Shown here: positions 19,631 to 32,796 of the stretch, one piece after another
Numbering within the stretch: the stretch's first letter is position 1
How the letters are laid out: the number at the start of each line of letters is the position of its first letter
Assembly (NCBI GenBank): GCA_000320545.1
Contig: ADNK01000904.1
Coordinates: forward strand, 1 to 64,000
Length of the DNA stretch: 64,000 nucleotides
Direction of reading: 5' to 3'
DNA from: Bigelowiella natans CCMP2755
Taxonomy: Eukaryota; Protista; Cercozoa
Translations under genes and position numbers: made by a program
Notes under the pieces: generated by a model
What the model saw: the letters and a program-made list of their open reading frames with translations, nothing else
Databases searched by the model: none
What the model was told of the DNA's origin: nothing

Positions 19631-20760
19631 AGTTGCAGCTGCTACAACACACACCTTTTCGCTGGCTGCGTACGGAGATACAGACTTTTCGCCAGTCTTC
19701 TCATTGGTCTACTCGAATGATGACGACGATACTGTTGCTTCTCTTCGTCGCTTATACTTTCACGGAGTCGATCTGGTTTCTTCTTTGCATCCTTTCTTCT
19801 TAAATGATTTCCATTATCATCGCCATCCTCTGCCGTCATCATCATCGTCCTCTTCCTCGATCTGGCCACTTCACCAGCCCGCTTCCATTCATCGAATGCT
19901 ACTTTTGGAAGGACCGGTCGTTCTTTGTCATGTCCGTCCCCCTCACAACCACGCAGTACCTTAGCGTTTCCTATTATACTTGCAATACTGGTCCTGCCAA
20001 CTTTTACTGATCTTCGGAATACTGGATTCCCTGTTCAAGCACACACAACGCAAGCTGGCTTTGTTCATTGCATTTCTCCAAGAGTGCACAGTATTAGATC
20101 GGACAAATATCATTCTATCATGCTCTCCTCCTCCTCACCAGTGGCAGCGACTATGAGTAGCAGTACAAGAAGACGCCTGACCGCGTATCGTAGAAGTAAC
20201 ACTACCACATTCTGAAGAAGCCACAAAATTAAACCAGAGAGCGAAAAAAGAGTCAGCGTCTTAGACAATCCAGACAAATCGAAAGACAGTATTTTCTACA
20301 CTACTATACTCTTCATAGCTGCAATAGAACCATAATGAAATAATGGAAGTGATAGTAGGGTTCTTTCTTCGGACCATCCTTGTTGCCGAACGAGGTTTGT
20401 AGTAGTTCCATTTTCTGATGATGAGACAAGCAATTGTAGTTGTCGCAGTAAGAAAATATATCTCTATTAGACCCATATCTTATTCTGATCGTGAGACAAG
20501 CAATTGTGATTGTCGCAGCAAGAAAAGAGATTCCAATCATTTTTCGTATTATTTTTCGTATTTTGGTGGTCAAACCCATCATCGACCAGGTTTTCCTTCG
20601 GAGGAGAGTAAAAAAGGGAAGCAGGGGGAGGAGGAGGCTATCACTCTCATCTTCATCATCGCATGCTTCTCGGGTACTCCATCTACTCTTCTCCGAAAAC
20701 AAATCGAACTTTAATGTGGTGTTCGTCGCATTTTAGGAACATTCGGTGATGTTTCATACT
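17760..20760 (-). CDS. Multi-exon coding region of unknown function; either the 5' part of the SET gene or a separate gene
   Basis: Short open exons bounded by GT/AG between microsatellite-rich introns (e.g. YLADALRRYSNGKIKVTMIEP, FNLFPEAIEYVADLVKALDLPALIIP). The exon chain is not fully resolved. Confidence 0.45.
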
Positions 20761-20880
20761 CGTATGGTTCTCGCAAGGAAGGCGATTGCACCCTGATAGG
20801 GAGGAGGAGGAAGAGGCAAACGAGGATTAAGAGAAGACAAAGAAGTGGAGAAGAAGGAGGAGGATATATATATTATCGTG

Positions 20881-21334
20881 ATGAATATTGTACGAAAGCT
20901 GCGGCTTTGTTACCAAAGGGAACACGATTTTTACCTGAGATACCATCAGCACCCAGTAAACTGGATGCTTCACGCCTTTGCAGTGCCCTTGGAATGGTGT
21001 TCATTCCTTGCGGCACTCTGTCTACTTCACAACTCGATTCCACTTTTCGTAGCAGGTTTGGCTGGTGCATACTATGTTCTTCTACTTCCGAACATCCTAG
21101 GCCTCTTTGCTGGTCTATCACAGATAAGCATGGGCTTCATCACAACGTACGCAATGTCGACAACATTTAAAAATCACCGTGCGCTCGCTACCGGGTGTAT
21201 TCTTTGTCTATATTGTCTTTCCTGGATAGTTCAGGTATTGCATATGACTTTATTTCTTCTAATTATTGCTGTGTAGCAGAAGATTACTTTATTCTCACTA
21301 ACCACTTCTCAAATATGTACATGAAAATAATGCC

Positions 21335-21368
<34 letters not shown>

Positions 21369-21510
21369 GGTTGGATTTGGTCATTGGCTTATCGAAAAGA
21401 ATGAGCCAGGTATGATGAATAAACTCACGGTCAACAGTGTGATCCTTAGTCCTCTTCTGGCGTGGCATCACCCATCCATACATAATGTCCATATTTCCCC
21501 ATCATCATAG
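20881..21510 (+). CDS. Mpo1-like (DUF962) membrane protein, two exons (20881-21234, 21370-21510)
   Basis: FYLRYHQHPVNWMLHAFAVP, hydrophobic helices and WIVQ|VGFGHWLIEKNEP; GT-AG intron 21235-21369. Confidence 0.85.
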
Positions 21511-22091
21511 CTACTACAGAGTTCCACCAATATCAGCAATGATTTCCAGCAATCTCCGGTGTATTACAATTAATACTTAAAGTAAATTACACATGAACTA
21601 TACGTATGCAATTGTAGTCATATATCATACATATACGATGCTAACAAGAAACGAATTACTACAATAACGCAGCGGTGCCGTAGCTCGGGCGCACTACAGC
21701 GCTACCGCATACAAAATAATAGCTAAAACATCTTCGCACGGGTATCGCTACTACACACAAGCAGGACTTCTAGCCGTGGCTGCGTGCATATAGGCGAATC
21801 TTAGCTATTTGCGGCCATGGAAGTAATGTGATGTATAGATGACTATATTACATATGTTATTGAGCGGGTGTAAAATACTACCAAATGCTTTTAGATAGCC
21901 GGTCTAGCTACTCGCTTACAATACATAGCCATGATGCAGACGAGCTAAATATCATAATTAGCTGCTTCATAAACTTACATGTATTGTTGAGGCTTAAGTA
22001 TGTGATTTTTTTTTGCAATATATAGCCATTAAGGCTCTATAGCGTACAGCCTATCAGCACATATGTTATCCACTACGTATGTGGTCTATTT

Positions 22092-24645
22092 TTAGATGGA
22101 GTTTATGTGAAACTTGATTGCTTCTTTTACTTTCTGAGCCATAACAGCGCTCGATATTGACTTCTCAAGGTACCCATCTGCTCCTATTTTGATATAATAT
22201 ACACCCAGCAACATTAATTCTATTCAAGCATCAGGTCTTATCCTATAATGGCAGCTAATATCTTTAGATGACCATGCAAATATATTATAACATATTCTTG
22301 CTACCTGCCGAGAGATAAAGCTTGATGTCATGCCGTTCCGTATTTGCACTTCTCATTAAAATCACACCGTTGTATCCGAGTAAACGCTGATAGGAATGTG
22401 TAAACAGGCCCAAAAGATTTTGCTTGCGGTAAATATACTACTGTGAAACAGATTCCAACCAAAAACTCTAATCGATATATGTTATTATTTTACACTAGCA
22501 CGAGACACGTTTTAGTATCTCACATACTATGATAATAGTCAGTGCAATTGAATCTCTACTTTTACTACTGACTGCCCTAATTTTTATTTTTTTACTATAC
22601 TTACCAATTTCTTAGAAATATCTGTTCCATAATAATTTCGATCACCGTAGACAAGATTTTGATCAAGAATTACCGCCTCAATGTCACCCTTATTTATGAT
22701 GCTTTCAGCTGCCGTAGCAACCTGTACAAAGTGATTTTAATACACACATACGATATATTAAGGACAATTTAGGTATGGTTTGTCAACACTGTTGCTATTT
22801 AGTAATATGAGATTAAAATAATACAAGAAGAAGTAGAAGACGGGGGATGGGGGAGTTAAAATCTGACGAGGGTGTGTTAATTTGAATCTATGAAGATTGG
22901 TGCAAACCTGCTCAGCAGTCTCACCGAGAATTAAGCTATCAGGGTGGAAGTATTTCCGGATTAGAACAACTTTATACCTTTTTCCCATTAGCATTGGTAA
23001 ATATTATCTATCAGCCTCTTCTCAATAATATATCATGAGTCAAGATCAAGAAGGTAGTGGTGTGACGATGAATCAATACGTCAGAGAATAAATCTACATT
23101 TTCCTGATAAGGCCTTCATCTTCCAAGCAACAGATTTTGTGTTTGTAGAGACTGTTGGTGATTGCTTCTTTCTTCGTGCTAAGTGCTCCTTTGTTCCTTT
23201 GAGGATAATCTGTTTTCTCTTCAAATGCAGAGATTTTGCCTTTGATGGGCTTAGTCAGTTTGTGATCCAGTTCTCTGGCGACAAAACTCTTTCTTTCCTC
23301 AATATTAGTTTTTTGTAGCTTCATGCCGTTACTTGCACAATCGACTGCTTTCGAACGGTTATTGTCGTAACCATTATCCATTCCTTTCTCGATGTCAATT
23401 TGAAAATCGCGCTCTGCATTTTTATTCTTCGCTTGCTTCGCCAAAAATAGAATCCGAGACAATGGAGCGGAAGAAATATTACCATCATGAAAACTACTCT
23501 CGGTATTCTTCTCACGGCAGAACATCTTGGTCCCCTCTCTGTCCTTGCTTCTTCCATCTTCCTTTCTTTCCTCCTGAAAATTACCTGGGAGAGTTCTCGT
23601 TGAAGAGCTGCTACTATACATTGATTGTACTCTTGAGTTCATGCTTCGTTTTATAGCACGATAAATCTTGCTCCTCCTCTTTGCCCAATACAACACAGAG
23701 GGGGAGTCTGAATAGGTACATAACACCATACTATCCTTAGTATTAGCATATTATCATCATTGATATTCATATATTATTTCAAACTGACCATCAAGAAAAT
23801 TGATTTTTGGAGGAGAGTATTGCATTTTTCCTAAATTGTTGTCGTCGTAGTCATTGTCGTTTTCGGGTGCCCCTCCATTCATGATACCTAGCGTTGTCAT
23901 CATCAATCACCAGTTTATTAGTACTAGAGTTTCTTACGACAACGCCACGTGCCCTAAACAAACGTGCTACTATCACCTTTTGCACCTTGTCCCCCATTAC
24001 AATCGTGGCTCCTAGGCCCACCTGAAAGCTCCTCTCTATCTGGCAAAATATTGCACAGTCTCATTACCTCTGCTTCCTAAATTTAATTACTTTACTTATC
24101 GTGCAGGAATATCAATAACACGCGGTGTGAAAATGTATAAGATTGCTAGTTGACGATTATTCACCCTTACAATAAACCACTAACTACCTATATAAATGAC
24201 ATTACTGTTTCCTGCTAAAACAAGGGCACCTCTTTCCTTAGATTCACGAAATGGATCTCGCCTATAGACAGGGAGGAAAAGCCTCAAGCTCACTTTGGAA
24301 GGCAGTGGCTGCCAGAATCGGCACCGGTATCTGATGTGGCAATTCCATCAGCAGTTAGGTAGCAGAGCACAACCACAAAAATAAAAACAAAGACTCGCTT
24401 TTCGCATCTAGTGTCCTTCGAATTGTAATATTGTGAGGACAGACAATTGCGCAATATGAGTACTACTACCTTGCTTTGATACAGCAGTTGCGAATAATGT
24501 TCATGCCCAAGCCCTCACTCAATGTCCTATGTTGGCGTATCCGTGAAACAAAGGGAAACATCTATAATTGAAAACCGATATATAAATTGACGTATCTATG
24601 CCCAGTAATAGTATTAGCGATATGACTAACAAGGATCATAATAAA

Positions 24646-24684
<39 letters not shown>

Positions 24685-25537
24685 TAATAACAACAATAGC
24701 AGAACACCGATGAACCTGGTTTTGATATCGTAAAGGCTCTGAATATTTTGAATCTTGGATTTTCTGTTCTTCTTGACTTTACTTTCAAAGGCTAGCCCCG
24801 CTACTGTGCCTTTTATTTGCCCGTTGGCCTAAAAGGTTATCATTTAGTGTTGCACACAATGTAACTCATTAACATGGTGACTAAAGAAAATGTGTAGATT
24901 GACCAATGGCCCAATCCAAATTTGTAGTAAATACTGTGATATTCACGTACATCCGACTCGAATCCATTTTTGAGAATGAATCCCTTGGGAACTTCATTAG
25001 TCACGGTAATCATTATGTCTACCACTGAGATAAGAAGAACAATGGAGGAGAAGAATGAGAATTCAGAACTGTTACAAAACCGTCGCTCATATTAGCCTGA
25101 GATTATTATTTTGTTATATTTCTCACATCGTTTGGTCAATTCCACCTCCACCGTGTTCTCTGGCATGCCGTGAAACAGCGCATTTGTTAGCGCGTTTTCT
25201 AGGATAAAGTAAATTATATCGCTGTCGCCTAGGGCAAACATGGACTCCTTCGTTGAAGATACAAACCGAATCCTAATTTTATACAGAAAATAGAAAATGA
25301 TACACTAAGAGTTTGCAGTATGGATTCAATAAATGTATTGAATTTGTATAGTTAGTCTTACATATTAACGAGGTTGCAGTCGTATTAATATGAATTTTAC
25401 AACTTTACAACTTCTCCACCTTGGTGACAATCTTGCAACGCTCAATATAATCTCTCTGCAATCCACAATGCTCCGTCTAGGTGTGAAGCTCTCGTCTTGG
25501 ACCTTTTCTAGGTTGTACAACAGGCGTAGTAGCAGTA

Positions 25538-25572
<35 letters not shown>

Positions 25573-25800
25573 AAAGTAGAGAAAAAGCAGCAACAAGATA
25601 TCTTATTCAGCCATCACAGACAACGTTGACTCATAATTAAATGAAAAGCGTTGATTTTAATAACTACTCATTTTAGCTCTCTTGTTACAAAGCGACACTC
25701 CCATAGAGGCCAGCCCTCCAATCTGTTGGATCTCCTTTTTCAGGGACTATGAAGAATCAGTTATAAAAATGAACGATTGAAGAAGTGGATTGAGAAGATG

Positions 25801-25837
<37 letters not shown>

Positions 25838-26200
25838 GCACAGTTGCATTTTCGTCTTCAATAGCAACCTATGTTGTTTACAACTGTTGTGAGACATTAG
25901 ACTTTTGCTCCAACTTCCTTCAAAATCAAGTCATTTCATGAATCGTCGTGCGAAGCCCGAAGGCATAAACAGAATATCGAGAGTAGTAGTGTGATCAAAG
26001 CTCACCTCACAGCAAGCAGCCATCGAGGCACAGATATTTTTCATGCCATGCTGGATCATTGCCCTTGAGATTGGCAAAAAGGAAAAAGGATTCCAGCAAG
26101 AAAAAAATTTACAAAATTAAACAAGGATGGTAGAGCTGAAATCTTCGTCTCTTTCCCGTTGAAAGAAGTAGTATATTTACATTATACCGTGCTTTTACTG
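22092..26200 (-). CDS. Hybrid histidine kinase-response regulator, multi-exon; the 5' end may extend to ~27300
   Basis: H-box-like MIQHGMKN (~26035-26060), N box ENALTNALFHG, G2 box EGLGMNII, and receiver motifs ICCLEDEGLIR, AVILDQNL..YGTDI, RSAN..YLSAG and ADGYLEK; stop at 22092-22094. Confidence 0.8.
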
Positions 26201-28309
26201 CTTTCTTATCTTTCTTTTTTTCTGCCTCCAGGGAACGCAATTGAAAGTCCAGGAAGTTGCTAATTAATAATAAATGATAACAGCAAACTCAAAAGTAAAT
26301 TATAGAATTCACACTAAAAAAAGTATAGTATTTAAAAAATGAGATATCTGAAATATACCGAAACATCTGCGAGAGTTTTGCCACAATGCGCTTATTCACC
26401 TAGAATATACACATTCGAAGACAAATCTATCGATGGAACAATATCAAGTGGACAAGCAAAGGGGACATGTAATTGCGATGTTTCTTCTTCTTTTTAAAAC
26501 TTACCACAAGCAACAGTAAAGTAAGAAGCATCTCGAATAAGAGGAAAAAGAAGGTGCCAACGAAGGATACACTTTGGCCTAATTAAGTACGAAAACAACT
26601 AGTCGTAAATGCGGAAGAGACACATGTCCTCAGGTGATGGAAAAATTGGCAAAGATACAAATTTTAAGCTGCTCACTACCTGCTGGAATGGCAACAACGA
26701 GAATAGTTGGCGTGGCAAATATTGAAAATATAAGGGGGCCCTCAATTCTATAAGGCGAACTCAAGAATAGCGAAACCGCTGTGAATAAGGAGGAAAATAT
26801 GGCCTTATCTTAGCACCATTCATCACATCACGTAAAAGTCATAGATATCGACTCACTATCTAAGGAGAACATTGAATAAATGCTGGTGTACTATTGTGGC
26901 AACCCATGAGTGCTCCGACTCGTATGATTTGAAGCTGCATGAAATGCTGCTCCGTTCGAAAGCGTAGCGGCACGCTATCCAAGTCGTTATAGAAATTCGA
27001 GTACTCTTGGGCTTGATATCTATCAAAGTTGTACACTGTCATAATAATTGTTGAAGTTGAACCGATATTAGTCAATGAAAGAAATTCGAAGGTGTATGTA
27101 TCTAATACCGGAGAATGAGCAGGACGACGAAGTGCACAACCAGTTCTGTTGCAAGTATTGCGTGCAACTTGATTCCCATTCGTTTGTAATGAAGCATCCA
27201 ACTACAGGCGATGCTAATCAGCAAAAGTGTGCCTGACAAGTGATTCATCATTGTATTTCTATTCCATGCCAAATTTGTTTCTATTTTCTTACCGAAGCAG
27301 ATGCTCGTGATGGATTTAGAATTGTAATTATAGTCTCTAGCAATGAAGACCAGAATAACAAAGTAGCATATATCGCACAGAGAAATGATATAGATTAGAC
27401 TCCAATGAATTTTCTGCAGAAATACTGCAGCAAGATTTCCTGATATGACCGCAAAGTCTCCTGATTTTCTGAGTTCGAATTTGGAAGTCAGTCAGTGAAG
27501 AGATATGTTCAAATGTATGCTTGAAATCGATGCAAGAGAGTTAGTTTACTCGAGCGTGCGAAATGGTTCTTTGATCAGGCGATTTTTTAGCACTTCCATC
27601 CTCTTGTCATCTATACTATTGAACTTTAGCATCGGCAAGCTGCCTCCTTCCGGCATTCAGATTCTTGCTGCGAACAATCTACGCATTAGGGAAGTATGCA
27701 TTATTTGTGCTCTCTAATGCTTACTGTTTGTGAACGTTTAGAATTCAGATATATTGCTGTAAATACATGGACGATCTCCCCCCTTGATAGGCCTTTCCCT
27801 AAATTATCATCAGTCTATCTTTCTATCTATTTATCATGTTTGAGGGAGCCCTCGTTCACGCGTTGTGTTGGTCACACTTTTTATTGCCGTTGTTGCGTCA
27901 AGGGAAAGGGGATGTCGCACAGTGCAGATTCGCCTGTACTTTCCCCAGCGACTACCTCTTGTGTACTCTCATATTAACTGCTCTATTGTACCGAAGATGT
28001 GCGTACTTTCCTTTTTCTTGTTGTTGTAGAATAATGTAGCAATTAAGGAGTTTTTGCACTTGCGACATCGAAACACGTGTATCCTTTGCTCGTGCCAATT
28101 TATGGGTTCATGACTGGTAACGGCTGGCCAGTAACAACAGTAACGGCCAACTGGAAACGCTGTGCCTGATATCTGTCGCGCAAATGTTTCATGCTCGTTT
28201 GCGGACGGTTTTAGGTTTGTTATCGGTCGTTCCCCTTAATCTTCTCGTGGAGATAGCGTAATAAATCAACTGCAAGGAGGAGACCTCCAAGTCCGAGCAC
28301 CCGCCTCCA

Positions 28310-31300
28310 ATGCTCGCTCGCCCTCCTCCACAAGGGGAGAAGAAACGGCGGAGGACCCAGGAAAGGTCCTCCCGTCGCGGACACCCAAAGCACCAAGATA
28401 TAATCGAAATGCAAGACGCAGCCAACAATGGTGAGAGTCTCACCCCTGAGCACGTATTCGTCGATATCAATGCAACCAGTACCAACAACGCGTTCAATCC
28501 CCTGGGAAGTCCGGAAGCAAGAGGCGGACGCGTGGATAGCAGGAGCCCAAGTCGAAGTCCAACACGACAGCGCTTGACAAAATCGTCACAGAAGCGCAAT
28601 GTTGGCAACGAGGAAGTCGAACATAAAAACGGGAGTTACTTTAAGAAAAGGACCATTGTCATTGGTGGGCTTGCTATAGGAACTGCCATTCTGTTGGCAA
28701 TTATCTTGGGCACAGTCATAGCAACTGGAGGAGGCGACAGCGGTGGGAGCGATGGGGGTGGGCAGCCGGGTGGTGGGCAGCCGGGTGGTGGGCAGCCAGG
28801 TGGTGGGCAGCCGGGTGGTGGGCAGCCAGGTGGTGGACAGCCGGGTGGTGGGCAGCCAGGTGGTGGACAGCCGGGTGGTGGGCAGCCAGGTGGTGGGCAG
28901 CCGTATGACCTGCCTGTTTCATCGAGGAATCAGGTTCTTGTCCTGGAAGATCTCAGTAAGTATCGAATCTATCAACACTTAGGAAAGCTATTCAATGGTT
29001 TTGGGCTCTCATGTATTGTAATCGCCTCGTTTTTTACCAACTTTGTTCCTTTCCCTTTTTTTACTCTTAAATACTTGTCTCATTACTCATTGACCTCCTC
29101 CTCCTCTTCTTGATTGTTGGTTGTCGATCGATGAATCAATCCATCCATCACCACTACTCCTTAGATGACCGCCTTGCCGATGGATCTGGTCGGCCTATTG
29201 CACTTTCATACGATGGGAACCCATGGGAAGCGACAGCTCAGCAAGACGTCGAGCCCCCGGCTGTGGAGTGCATTTCCGGTGGTAACTGCCGTATACCAGG
29301 ACGTCGAGGCCTTGCAGCCGGAATCAAGGACGTCAAAGTTCCTGACTTGGTACTCTCCACACTGCTACGTGTTCGAAATAGATGAGAAGAAGATTAAGAA
29401 ACATTTTATTCGGTTCCCTTTGTATCTTCATCGCCACCAATTTCAACGCTCTCAGATGCGGGATGTAGATAACCCGACCAGAGCGGCAAGGCTGTTCCAA
29501 CAAGCAACTTTTGGGGCGAATAAGGCTCAACTCGATGGCTTCAACGGTGTGATCTAGAAATGATATATAGTAGTGAAGTAAATGCATCAATTCGTTCCGC
29601 TATTGTACTGTTCAAAACATATTGTGGGATCATAGCATCGTTGTAGGACGTTCTCATCGTAATTTTCCCAATTAATAGGAGACGAAAGAGCGTGGATAAC
29701 AAGCCAGATAGCTATACCTCCAACACTAATGCGTGAGTATTACCGTGCACGCACGAGTCCACGACGGAAAAGCCAAGCGGGCGGCGACGGTACACTATGG
29801 CGTCAGTGCGAAGTGGGATCACGATGGCATCGTTACTTGTTTAATAACTTGGATACAGGTGCTAAAATTCACCATGTGAATAGGAAACATGAATGCTCTT
29901 TCTTTTTTTTGATGCGCATCAAACATACACGGTTTTTCACTCTATTTCTCTTTGTCTGATTTCTTCAGGGAGCCAGCTCGTCATATCAATTGACCGTGTT
30001 CCTGGAAAATTTGCCCTGCACATTGGGGGCGTTTTACGCGGTGAAATGAGCGAGTTTCAAGGCGTGGCATGGAGTGCATCGCTGTCTGGATATCCCCGTC
30101 TCTTTACAATCTGCTTTGTCAGCGAATTTGGAGGCGGCTTTTCATTCCAAAATGAGAAGCCGGTTCGACTTGCTCCTCTTGGTGGCACGGTGATATAGTA
30201 GTCAAGATAGTAGAGCAGTACAAAAGTAGTAGAACAGCTATATGGCACACCAAACAATTGACTAACGAATTTCAGGTCAACCGCACGTGCTCCGACAGCT
30301 CCTCGCTCCTTGAAACGCTTCACAACCCTGCAATCGAGCTCTCCAATCCCTCGGCTACAACGACTCAGGTGCTTGGTGCCAACGACGCACAGTGGACACC
30401 TGTTCCAGGATCAAATGGGTCCTACATACTCACTGCCCTCAATGCACCATGCCAAGGTTACAGCTATTGCAACAGGAATGATGATGATGATGATGAGGAT
30501 GATGAGGATGAGGATGATGATGATAGCATTGTGATGAATGCAGCATGAAGGCCCTATGCTAGAGTTGGTACAATCATTAATATTCTACCAACAATTTCCA
30601 ATAGAACGCAATGAGCAGGGAATTGCTCATCTGAAGGTCGGCGACGAAGTCTACCGCTATGACCCGCGGCTAAAACTTGTCCAAAATACGCTCGATAAGC
30701 CAGCAAAAGTACGACCATTTATGAATCTCCAGGAATTGTACATTAATGTTGTCCAGATATCAAACACACATATGCATCATCGCATCGTAGGTAAATGCTT
30801 CCGGTGCATTGACATGTCCTCTAGTCTCTCGAAACCATCAGAATAAGCCGACCTGTCGCAGAGCACCCTCGTGCACACCACCACAATTCACTTCAGCTCC
30901 CTTTCAGGTTTAAAATGTGTAAGCAATTTGAAATATGGCGCCTGCTTGCTCTGAATTTTCACACTCTTCCTCTTCAATTGTTTTGGAAAATTGTATCGTT
31001 GTCATTATTAGCAATAATAATTTTTTCCAGCTGAACGACACAACACTTCGGCTATGGTTCGAGTCAGACCGCCATTACGTTTACTACATTAAAAATCTAC
31101 GTTTGGATGGGCCATATGCAGTCAGTCCTTGCAATGCGGTAAGTTCTAACTCAGTGTGGACAACTAAAATAGCAACTATATACCACCTAACATATTGAAT
31201 GCATGGTGGAACATCTGACGTTATTGGTGAATTTAGATGTATTGATTTATTTTAATGGTTGTGCATGCGTGTGTGTGTGTGTGTGTGTGTGTGTGATCGA

Positions 31301-32756
31301 AAAGGAATCAAGCCGCTGGTTAAGTGTTGGTGCAACATGCACGGAGACGTCAGGAATTGATGCACTCACGCGGATGACGATCCGCTCTGCTCTGAATCTG
31401 GCAGCGGCGAGCTCCAACAACCCGTACACAGTCGATATCACACTTTCTGGAACGAATTGCACTGCGTCTACCAGCACGATTGGGATGGTTATTAGGTAAG
31501 CTACTGATAATGAGGAAGGGAGATAAAAGGACTATTTTATCAAGGATAATTTGATGTTGCTCCGCTCTTATTCATTATGCTCATACTATTTCCACATAAA
31601 TAGGCAAAACGGCGTGTGCTATCAGCATGTCCACCCACACCACTTGGATGTGATCGATTTTTCACGTTGGGTTTTAAGGCATGACGGTAACCAACAGGCC
31701 TTTCAGAACGGCAAGCCTAATCCAATATCAAAGTGGGCAGAGCTACAAGGCGTGCAGTACCTGGTCGTCGTTTTACAATATCACCTGAGCGAAGATATCT
31801 AAACACCACCATCAAAAGCAGCCAATAATTCGCCTTTGCTGCGCTGGCATGTGTCTTGTCGAAGTCTCCTGTATTTTTAAAAAAGAGTGGTGTCGAAAGA
31901 AGAACAAACAAAATCGGAAGATTTTTGGTGTGCCTGAGCAACATTTAGGCTCTGACCAATACTCTCATCTTAGGAATTCCCAGCTTGGCATAGTATGGAA
32001 AATTGGAACTCAAGGCAACGCTACTTCACGACCATTGGTCGCTATGGTGAACAAATTGACTTTTCTGCGTTGCCAACGAATCTTCAAACCGTCGCAATGG
32101 CGCGGGCCGTAGGTGCTGCTAAAGCCGCAATAGACAGCGGGTAAGTGGTCTCACCCTTAGACAATATCACGTCTCCTTATCCCTTCTTCTTTATTCATGT
32201 TGTTGAATACTTGGATGTGTACCAACCAGTTTTCAGGCGTGTGGATCTGGGGGAGAAGCCTCCAACAGTCTGATAAAAGGCAATCGGTACTACATGCCAA
32301 AGGAGGGGGTTGCGACTAATTCTTGACACTCACGCACGTATCCTTTTCACAGTTATACATGGCCCGAGCCAACAACAAGGGAGTTAAAGGTGTCGAGCCA
32401 AAACACGCAGATAGTCTCTTAAATATGTGATAGTGATAATAATCGAATATCATAGCGTCGTGCATGATAATTATGCTAGTAATCACATCGAATGACAATT
32501 TCTTTGCAATACACTCAGATTCGTCAAATGGATTGGCCTATTCCCCGATGGAGAGGAAAGTCTATTTTATGGTTTAATCACATTTATAATGCGGATGACC
32601 AGTTGAGGCAACGCGTTGCATGGTCCATGTTTAACTGGCTGGTGTGTACACCCTTACTGTAGCAGTTGACACACACACACACACAATAGATATAATAAAC
32701 TCAAATATAAAATATATATATATATATATATATTTATTTATTTTGTTTTTAATACA

Positions 32757-32796
<40 letters not shown>

